Virus record (IMG/VR): IMGVR_UViG_3300032229_000759
Location: 48,255-112,254 of that record
From: a virus
Direction: 5' to 3' (one strand)
Length of the DNA stretch: 64,000 nt
Shown here: piece after piece, positions 57,188 to 64,000 of the stretch
Numbering within the stretch: position 1 is the stretch's first letter
How the letters are laid out: every line of letters starts with the position of its first letter
Translations under genes and position numbers: made by a program
Notes under the pieces: generated by a model
What the model was told of the DNA's origin: nothing
Seen by the model: the letters and a program-made list of their open reading frames with translations, nothing else
Database searches by the model: none

Positions 57188-57215
57188 ATAATAGTTAGAA
57201 ATCTGAGCAAGTCAA
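57188..57215 (-). promoter_or_regulatory. sigma70-type promoter
   Basis: TTGACT-N16-TATTAT with upstream T-tract (UP-like). Confidence 0.55.
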
Positions 57216-57286
57216 GAAAAAAAATAAAAAATTGATGCTTGACGCACGATACATATGTTCATATAACTTATGCAGTGGGTTTGATA

Positions 57287-58219
57287 TTATAGAATGGGTC
57301 TTATTATACCATTACCCTCATATGCTTTCATGTCTTTGTATCTCAAATCCTTTAATCTCCATGTCTTTTTAGCAAAGACAGCGATGTAGTCATTGCTAGA
57401 TTTTAGCATATTTTCTAAAGAAGCAAACTTGATTTTCTTAGCATAACTGAGTAAAAGTGCCGCACAACCAACAGCGAATGGAGTAGCCATACTAGTCCCT
57501 GTCATAGAAGCGTAGCCATTGCCGGGTACAGCACTGACTATATCTTCTCCTGGCGCTAAAAAATCCAACTCTTCTCCACAACAACTGAAATCACATAAAG
57601 ATAAATTTCTATCAATTGCTCCTATACTAATTGTGTGTGGGTATTTAGCTGGATACTGTATTCCTGATTCTATGCCGCTGTTACCAGCAGCACAAAAAAT
57701 AATTACATTTTTTTGACAAGCATAATTAATAGCTTTTTCTATGTGAATGGATGGATATTCTGATCCTAGAGACATGGTTAGCATATCGGCTCCGTGGTCC
57801 ACAGCCCACACAATGCCTTCTGCGACATTTTTATTACTTCCAGACCCCTGACCATCAAGCGCTTTAATAGGCATGATCTTGGCTTTAGGAGCAACTCCCA
57901 CCATACCTATGCCATTATTTATGGCAGCTATTGTGGCTGACACATGAGTGCCATGACCATTATCATCTTGTGGGTCTGATTTTTTATCAATAATATTGAC
58001 ACCACTAATTAAATTATCTTTAATATCTTCATGAGTTAAATCGCAACCAGTATCTATTACTGCTACAGTAACATTTTCTCCCTCAGAATATTTCCATTGT
58101 TTGGCAACATCAAATTTTTGAATAGGCCAACTGTAAAACTGTGTAGAGGTTGTTGATAAACCATAAATATCAGTTCTAATATGTGGTAATAATTTACATT
58201 GTTTTCTATTATATAGCAT
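57287..58219 (-). CDS. Subtilisin-family (S8) serine protease
   Basis: AVIDTG, GHGTHV, AAGN, GTSMATP. Confidence 0.93.
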   Translation of the reverse strand: MLYNRKQCKLLPHIRTDIYGLSTTSTQFYSWPIQKFDVAKQWKYSEGENVTVAVIDTGCDLTHEDIKDNLISGVNIIDKKSDPQDDNGHGTHVSATIAAINNGIGMVGVAPKAKIMPIKALDGQGSGSNKNVAEGIVWAVDHGADMLTMSLGSEYPSIHIEKAINYACQKNVIIFCAAGNSGIESGIQYPAKYPHTISIGAIDRNLSLCDFSCCGEELDFLAPGEDIVSAVPGNGYASMTGTSMATPFAVGCAALLLSYAKKIKFASLENMLKSSNDYIAVFAKKTWRLKDLRYKDMKAYEGNGIIRPIL

Positions 58220-58226
58220 AAGTATT

Positions 58227-58997
58227 TTACTCTGATTTAGAGGTGTGTTCTAGGATCCATTTATGGAAATTACTTATTCTAGTATGAGAACTTTCATCAC
58301 TATAACTAGAGTTGGGGCTTCCGTCTTTAGAAAGAACAGCAGAATTAATACCCGCTAATTTACCATCTATAAATAATCCTCCGCCACTATCTCCATTTGC
58401 TATCAAAAATTCTAATTCTGTAATTTTATCTTTATGAGATTTGGATGGAGAACAAATTAATGTGCCTTTTTCTATTTTATCAATAAAATTAGAGCCTGCT
58501 CTTTTTTTATTGTCGCTTAAATTAGAACCAGTATTAAATGTGCCAGTATATCCTAATCCAGCAATACTACAAATTTTACCTTCTTCATCATTATCGCAGT
58601 ATAACTCTGGGAAAAATTTTAAATTAATTGGTTCTGTGGTATATCCTAAAGCAATATCGTGTTGTCCAAAAACACTATTATTATAGTCACTGTGACATAT
58701 TATTTTTTTAATCTCGTATTTTTTATCCTCTACAATAATAAAAGAATATTTTTTTGAGTGTACAACGTGAGCAGCTGTTACAATCCAGCGTGGATTAATA
58801 ACTACTGCTGATCCCATATACTTTTGTTCATCCTCATCTATGCAGCAAATTTTAACTACATTATGAAATTTAGATCCATAAGTTACATATTTATGATCTG
58901 GAGTACCGGGGTCTATTGTTCCGGCTTGTAGACGAAAAGACAATAATGATAATGCTATTACCATACCAATAAATAGCAATCGGTTCATCTGAAACAC
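58227..58997 (-). CDS. Trypsin-like (S1) serine protease with signal peptide
   Basis: TAAHV, HDIAL, GDSGG; hydrophobic N-terminus ending LQA. Confidence 0.9.
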   Translation of the reverse strand: MFQMNRLLFIGMVIALSLLSFRLQAGTIDPGTPDHKYVTYGSKFHNVVKICCIDEDEQKYMGSAVVINPRWIVTAAHVVHSKKYSFIIVEDKKYEIKKIICHSDYNNSVFGQHDIALGYTTEPINLKFFPELYCDNDEEGKICSIAGLGYTGTFNTGSNLSDNKKRAGSNFIDKIEKGTLICSPSKSHKDKITELEFLIANGDSGGGLFIDGKLAGINSAVLSKDGSPNSSYSDESSHTRISNFHKWILEHTSKSE

Positions 58998-59117
58998 CTA
59001 TGGAGGTATTAATTTTAAGGCTTATTTTTTACCTTATTAAAATACACCATAGGGTCTTTATTATCTCTTTATTATGGCTTTTAAAGTTCGGCTTGTCTTC
59101 TTAGATATAGAAAATAT

Positions 59118-59495
59118 TTATTTGCGCATCCACTGCAAGTATTCTTTCATATTCGAAAATCCTCTTTTATGTTTCTTTTCTATGTTATTTTGTATAATAA
59201 TACTGTGTGGGATTAATGATATTTGATATTCTTTCATTAATTCAGGATTAGTATCAGAATCAACAAAACATATAATATAATTCTCAAATTGATCTTCAGA
59301 ATTTTTAATCTCTTTTTCCAATACCTTACAATATTTGCACCAATCCGCAGTAAATATAACTAATAAATTTTTGTGAGCTTGATTAGATTCTATTACAGCA
59401 TCAATCATAGACTCTAAATATACGGGACTTTCTGCATACGTATGATTTATGCCTGATGTCACTACGATGAATAGTAATAATAAAATAATTTTCAT
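59118..59495 (-). CDS. Exported thioredoxin-like protein
   Basis: Signal peptide, FTADWCKYC, IP cis-Pro motif. Confidence 0.85.
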   Translation of the reverse strand: MKIILLLLFIVVTSGINHTYAESPVYLESMIDAVIESNQAHKNLLVIFTADWCKYCKVLEKEIKNSEDQFENYIICFVDSDTNPELMKEYQISLIPHSIIIQNNIEKKHKRGFSNMKEYLQWMRK

Positions 59496-60391
59496 TTCTT
59501 GTAAGCACCTAAAACCCTTCCTTTTTGAGTTCTGACTACGAATCCTTTTCTAACTAAATATGGCTCAATACTATTTTCAATAGTTTCTATAGCAATACCT
59601 GTCATAGAAGATATGCTTTTTAGACCCAAAGGATTGCCGATAGACTTTTGTAATAGCTGTAAATAGATTCTATCATAGTTGTCTAACCCATCGTTATCAA
59701 TCCCTTGATTTTGGAAAATTTCATCTACGCTCATATTTTTTTCAGCATAGTACGCTTTGCAGTTTTTGTACCACAACAATCTGGCATTTAATATACGTGG
59801 TGTTCCTTTGCTTCTGCGAGCAATTTCTGTCAAATCTTCATCATCAATCATTAGTCCGAACTTTGTAGCGTTCAACCTTGCTAGTTTAGCTAGGTCATCT
59901 ACAGCATAAAAACTTAAGTGTTCTTTAATTTGAAATCTATCGTAAAAGGGTTGGCTTAAACTTCCTCCACTGGTAGTAGCCCCCACTAATGTGAACATTG
60001 GTAGTTCTATATTTTCTGGTTTATTTTCTACTACAATAGATAATACAAAATCCTCTATGACCGGATATAGAAATTCTTCCACCAACTTAGGTAGTCTGTG
60101 GATCTCGTCAATGAATAAAACCGATCTTGGTGCTATACCCATTAAGTAAGGCAAAATATTTTTTACACTACGAATATTTGCCCCGTTCACTGTATACAAA
60201 TTAACATTCAACTCCGTAGCAATAGCACTGGCTATGGTAGTCTTACCCAATCCCGGTGGGCCGTCTATTAAAACATGGGGCATCGTAGCATCAGAGTTTT
60301 TACAGCCGCGAGTTAATACTCGTAATCTGTCAACCACATCTGACTGTCCAACAATATCATCGAAGGTACTGGGTCTAATCGCATTTGCCAT
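59492..60391 (-). CDS. ruvB: Holliday junction branch-migration helicase RuvB
   Basis: IRPSTFDDIVGQ, GPPGLGKTT, FIDEIHRL, GATT, DRF, GTPR, EPYL, RTQKGR. Confidence 0.93.
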   Translation of the reverse strand: MANAIRPSTFDDIVGQSDVVDRLRVLTRGCKNSDATMPHVLIDGPPGLGKTTIASAIATELNVNLYTVNGANIRSVKNILPYLMGIAPRSVLFIDEIHRLPKLVEEFLYPVIEDFVLSIVVENKPENIELPMFTLVGATTSGGSLSQPFYDRFQIKEHLSFYAVDDLAKLARLNATKFGLMIDDEDLTEIARRSKGTPRILNARLLWYKNCKAYYAEKNMSVDEIFQNQGIDNDGLDNYDRIYLQLLQKSIGNPLGLKSISSMTGIAIETIENSIEPYLVRKGFVVRTQKGRVLGAYKK

Positions 60392-60773
60392 GTTCTATGT
60401 CTCCAAGTTTATAAGCCAAAGATTTTTTTACTATATTTGCTACGGTGTCATTTTTTTGAATATTACAGGAAGTTATGAGTTGTTGACATTCTTCTAACGG
60501 AAAACCATAGTTTTCTAGGATAGTAATAGCTTTACCTATATTTAGGTTAGATAAGTCTACATCTGGTTTTGTATATTGTCTGTGATATTTGAGCTTAATA
60601 TTTTGTATTTTTTTAACTTTCAGTATGGTTTTACAATCACAAACAACCTTAAATCCTTTAGTTTTAGTTTCTTCTAAAGAAAGCCAATGATTAATGCCGC
60701 AAGCCGGACACTGATACTTAAAATGTATATCTTGGTCAATCGGTTTTAGGTTTTTTATTATTGTCTGGTTCAT
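60375..60773 (-). CDS. Zn-ribbon + RuvA C-terminal (domain III)-like protein
   Basis: CPAC..CDC N-terminus; KAITILENYGFPLEEC...TVANIVKKSL resembles RuvA_C; overlaps the ruvB start. Confidence 0.6.
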   Translation of the reverse strand: MNQTIIKNLKPIDQDIHFKYQCPACGINHWLSLEETKTKGFKVVCDCKTILKVKKIQNIKLKYHRQYTKPDVDLSNLNIGKAITILENYGFPLEECQQLITSCNIQKNDTVANIVKKSLAYKLGDIEHGKCD

Positions 60774-61164
60774 TTTTTATCCAAAATACAAAGTCGTTTT
60801 TCTCGTTGTCAAATGCTGTGTCTAAAATATTCTTGTTTACTAATTGTGCTAAAATATTACTAACTAATCTGCTATTTAATTCTTCCAGAACTTTGTACAA
60901 GATTTCATCTGTAATTTTGAATGATTCTATTTTAGTTTTTGGATTAATACTAATCTTAGTATGATTCCGTATAATTAAAGCGCTTTCATCATGAGATAAT
61001 ACTTTGTCTAGTTCTTCTATTTCCATATCATTTAATACAGATAGTGTGTCGGACAAAGGATCGTCTATTTCATCGTTCATAGTACCAAAGAATTTAAATA
61101 CTAAAGACCTAGCGTGGTCTACGAAACTATCAAAATCTTTGATTAAATACCATTTTTTACTCAT
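60736..61164 (-). CDS. Hypothetical protein
   Basis: ORF in operon. Confidence 0.55.
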   Translation of the reverse strand: MSKKWYLIKDFDSFVDHARSLVFKFFGTMNDEIDDPLSDTLSVLNDMEIEELDKVLSHDESALIIRNHTKISINPKTKIESFKITDEILYKVLEELNSRLVSNILAQLVNKNILDTAFDNEKNDFVFWIKNEPDNNKKPKTD

Positions 61165-61165
61165 T

Positions 61166-61573
61166 TTAATTTAGTATGTCAAACATACCTTTGTAGTAGT
61201 GCGGTTGATTCATAAAATGTACAGCGTGTGATTGTATATGATTAATGTACTGATGTTGTAAGGGATCGAGAATAAAATATTTCTTTTTCCAAACCTGACT
61301 ATTCTGATAGTTACTCCCCAAATACTGGAAGGTTTTATTCTTGCCAGTATTGGAGAAATAACTACTCACAGGAAACGACTCTTTCGGTAAATGACCAATA
61401 TACCACACATTTGGTGAATTTTCAACTAAGCCATCTAGAGCATCATATAATATTTTTCCCCAAGCGTCCCATGCTTCTGGATCAAACTTGAAATAATGTT
61501 TATACTGACTCTCTAAATCATCGTGACTATCATCGTAATCATCGTCGCCATAGTTGTCATATTCTTCGTGCAT
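61166..61573 (-). CDS. Hypothetical protein with acidic N-terminus
   Basis: ORF in operon. Confidence 0.55.
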   Translation of the reverse strand: MHEEYDNYGDDDYDDSHDDLESQYKHYFKFDPEAWDAWGKILYDALDGLVENSPNVWYIGHLPKESFPVSSYFSNTGKNKTFQYLGSNYQNSQVWKKKYFILDPLQHQYINHIQSHAVHFMNQPHYYKGMFDILN

Positions 61574-61579
61574 TTTATG

Positions 61580-62650
61580 TTAACCTATGCAAAATTTATC
61601 ACTAAGTTGAGAAGCAAGGTCTTTAGCCGCACTGGCGAGAAACCGATTGTTGCTAAAGTATAGTGCTGTAGACGCTTGGTTGAGGTACTCGACCACCGTT
61701 TTTAAAAGTTTGGTCTGTGACCCATCAAGGTTTATATCCTCGTCTGAGACAGACTCTAGGGTGTCGTTCTCGTCAACAGGAACCACAGGCATAGGATCAC
61801 CATAAGCCTTTGTATACTTTGTAGCAGAACTGTGCTGCAATTCATTTAGAATCTTTGCAGCAACATCTGCTGATACTGGAACACCAGTTTCATCGGCTTG
61901 CTTATAAGCCTTAGCATACCCCTTATACCATTCATCACTACACTTATCGGGAATTATCTGTAGAGTTGCTGGCTGACCAGTAAGAGCACTCTTAAGATCG
62001 GCCACATTAACTACTTGACCAGTACTGCCGGGAAGCAGACTTGTAAAATACGAAGCCTTCTTTTCCCAGCCTTTACGCCACCAAGTATAAGGAACACGAT
62101 AAATCTGGTTAGGCTTAATTGCTCGCGGATCACCACCAAAATAGTTAACCAGTTTCTTTTGCAGGCCATTCCAGAAAGTTTTATTTGAACCAATCATTTG
62201 ACGACTAGCATCATCAAAAATCCAGTAGCACTGATACCCATTACGAGTATCAACAACCCAACTTGGTTTAACAGGAAAGTTATTGATTTTAGCAAGGAAC
62301 TCTTTCTTTTTCTGCATTACAACACTTGGCTTAAAGTAACTACCCTGATCATCACGACCAGCATCCATGTCGCAAAAACAACAAGTAAACTCTTTAATAG
62401 CGTATAGTTTACGTCCGCCATTTACATAAAAATAAACATCAGAACTATTATTGATATTGGCATGAATGGCCTCGTCAAGAGTATTAGTATGATACATATT
62501 ACTAATCTTTTTACGAGGATTGCCATTATGGCAAAAAATATTATTTTGCTTGAAAGAATTCAAGAAACGATTTCTTTCAATAGTATTACCATTAGCAAAA
62601 ACATTGTTATCATTTGAAAACGGGTTAAATCCAAGAACATCATTGAACAT
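61580..62650 (-). CDS. RepB-type (AEP superfamily) DNA primase-like protein
   Basis: VYFYVN, FCDMD, VVDTRNGYQCYW, DP..IYRVP. Confidence 0.7.
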   Translation of the reverse strand: MFNDVLGFNPFSNDNNVFANGNTIERNRFLNSFKQNNIFCHNGNPRKKISNMYHTNTLDEAIHANINNSSDVYFYVNGGRKLYAIKEFTCCFCDMDAGRDDQGSYFKPSVVMQKKKEFLAKINNFPVKPSWVVDTRNGYQCYWIFDDASRQMIGSNKTFWNGLQKKLVNYFGGDPRAIKPNQIYRVPYTWWRKGWEKKASYFTSLLPGSTGQVVNVADLKSALTGQPATLQIIPDKCSDEWYKGYAKAYKQADETGVPVSADVAAKILNELQHSSATKYTKAYGDPMPVVPVDENDTLESVSDEDINLDGSQTKLLKTVVEYLNQASTALYFSNNRFLASAAKDLASQLSDKFCIG

Positions 62651-62722
62651 ATTAGTTCCAACTTTCCTGTGTACTATCTAGATATTGGGACAGCAACCTT
62701 TACTATCATTAGCAATATCAAA

Positions 62723-62803
62723 AAGATGGTAGAGGAATCGAACCTCTATTGTAGGATAGTAAAAACTATATAGGTACTATCTTACAAGTTCCAAACACCA
62801 CCT
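62723..62803 (-). ncRNA. tRNA-like RNA (acceptor stem + T arm, tmRNA-TLD-like)
   Basis: AGGUGGU/ACCAUCU acceptor with G3.U70; AGAGG-UUCGAUU-CCUCU T arm; 9-nt GG-containing D segment; 13-bp helix in place of the anticodon arm; no CCA. Confidence 0.6.
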
Positions 62804-62816
62804 TGACTATTTAATT

Positions 62817-63686
62817 TTAATAGTTTCCGTAGGGCCCATTGTCCAAATCTGATTCGTCTTCATCCTCTTCTTCATCGTCAAAACTGTTCCAATAAGCATC
62901 ATCATATTCATCATACAGAGCCTCTTCTTCGTCATCATAATCGTCCTCACTAAACTCACTCTTATAGAGAGGCTTAAGAAGTTCACCTTGATACTCGCCA
63001 ACTACTTCATAGCGACAAGTACGAAGTTTTTCACAGTTACAATCATTAGGAACACTAACAACGTCCTTGGGATTAATCTTTACAATCACGATCTTGTCAC
63101 CAGAATCTACGCTACCATAACTAGCAACATAGTTCAAAGCACCAGCATGAAGTCCCTGAGAGCATCCAACACCACGATTATCGTCAACCTTTGCTCGTCT
63201 CATTTCACAAACGCTACCAACACGGTTATCAAATGTGCCAGCGTACTTATCCTTATAATCATTTCGCACAGCCTTATAGGCCAAGAAATGACCATCCTCA
63301 GTAATAGGAAGATACTGATGCTCCAAGAAATCATACAGTTCAGTCTGACTCTGCATACTTGGATTTTCCATCAGATTATCAAGAAAATTAACAAGAGGCT
63401 GAAAAGGCAAGCCCTTGCTCATAAACTCAAGAATACGCTTGCTGATCGCCCCATGAACTTCTTCACCATCATAAAGCACCTGACCATTCTTGACCTCAAC
63501 CCTACCCTGACTAAATGTAGCCACAGCAGTTTGAATATCTACAAGTTCCAGCAACTCATCTTCACTGGCAGATTGCAGACTATCCATAATCAACCTATAG
63601 TTAATATGATCCGGCAATACCTGATGAGCCTTATTCTTAAGGATCAGCGTAAGATTGCCATCAACCCACATAAAAGGAACGCTCAT
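62817..63686 (-). CDS. rIIB: rIIB-like protein
   Basis: LYDFL...LPITEDGHFLAYK, DN.VG..C.M.R..VDDN, CSQGLH, KINPKDVVSVP, KLRTCRYEVV. Confidence 0.85.
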   Translation of the reverse strand: MSVPFMWVDGNLTLILKNKAHQVLPDHINYRLIMDSLQSASEDELLELVDIQTAVATFSQGRVEVKNGQVLYDGEEVHGAISKRILEFMSKGLPFQPLVNFLDNLMENPSMQSQTELYDFLEHQYLPITEDGHFLAYKAVRNDYKDKYAGTFDNRVGSVCEMRRAKVDDNRGVGCSQGLHAGALNYVASYGSVDSGDKIVIVKINPKDVVSVPNDCNCEKLRTCRYEVVGEYQGELLKPLYKSEFSEDDYDDEEEALYDEYDDAYWNSFDDEEEDEDESDLDNGPYGNY

Positions 63687-63711
63687 TATATCTCTCCTGT
63701 TTCCTGTGAAA

Positions 63712-63999
63712 TTAAATTATCGAATTACCAATCAACTCTTTAAACTTATCAACATTATCAAACTTTGTTGACCAAGAACTTTTCTTGCTATAGTAACTAT
63801 TACTAGAACCAAAACTGAGAGGATTAGTTGAACGAAGTTCACGCAAATCGCCTCGACACTCTTGGCTACACACAATATACTTCAGCATCGGCTGTTTGTC
63901 AAGAGCCTCTTTAATACTATTACGCAACTCATCGACTTTTGGAAGTTTATCCTTCAGTGAATAATCTGCCTTGATAAGTTTGGTCATAGATTCTTGCTC
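63712..63999 (-). CDS. C-terminal fragment of a gene truncated by the window, probably rIIA-like
   Basis: Frame stays open to the window edge; immediately upstream of rIIB; YPML-like QPMLKYI motif. Confidence 0.45.
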   Translation of the reverse strand, partial: EQESMTKLIKADYSLKDKLPKVDELRNSIKEALDKQPMLKYIVCSQECRGDLRELRSTNPLSFGSSNSYYSKKSSWSTKFDNVDKFKELIGNSII

Positions 64000-64000
64000 A

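Noticed and set aside
62723-62803. Canonical tRNA gene
   Set aside because: No proper D stem, no 5-bp/7-nt anticodon arm and no CCA; reported as a tRNA-like RNA instead
62988-63743. 251-aa + strand ORF
   Set aside because: Antisense shadow of rIIB with no recognisable motifs; the same applies to the other short + strand ORFs between 5.8 and 64 kb
1-64000. Stop-codon reassignment as seen in some jumbo phages
   Set aside because: Conserved genes are full length and tightly packed under the standard code, ending in TAA, TAG and TGA
1-64000. Bacterial chromosome or eukaryotic giant virus origin
   Set aside because: rIIB, T4-like dNMP kinase, phage-type hypothetical proteins, bacterial-type DnaE/DnaB/sigma and overlapping operons, with no ribosomal or NCLDV core genes, fit a large bacteriophage

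Overview
AT-rich, gene-dense 64-kb segment of a large (jumbo/'huge') tailed dsDNA bacteriophage genome, read with the standard code. No rRNA, CRISPR array, intein or integrase was found. The first ~5.8 kb (+ strand) holds the 3' part of a giant Cys-rich, probably virion, protein and a small Cys-rich protein. Everything else is on the - strand. In transcription order (right to left): rIIA(partial)/rIIB, a tRNA-like RNA, a RepB-type primase, a Zn-ribbon/RuvA-C adaptor with RuvB, a thioredoxin-trypsin-subtilisin trio, macrodomain, nucleoside deoxyribosyltransferase, SET domain, GMP reductase, GT4, a bacterioferritin-like protein, a sigma factor, ClpP, a DeoC-like protein, a membrane-protein/C1-protease block, a beta-solenoid protein, dCMP deaminase, a glycan-synthesis cluster, class II RNR, dUTPase, PhoH, HNH, RecA, DnaB, DnaG, dNMP kinase, a Cas4-like nuclease, an intein-less split DnaE flanking DnaQ, SSB, a second glycosyltransferase/pseudo-enzyme cluster and a Rad52-like annealase. 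The most notable observations are the split DnaE, the RuvA-C adaptor with a RuvB hairpin deletion, a tmRNA-TLD-like RNA with G3.U70, many catalytically degenerate enzyme folds, a possible protease-based lysis module and a recurrent GGTGTAT promoter-like motif. A Planctomycetota host is inferred from sequence style only. All family calls come from motif recognition by eye, not database searches.
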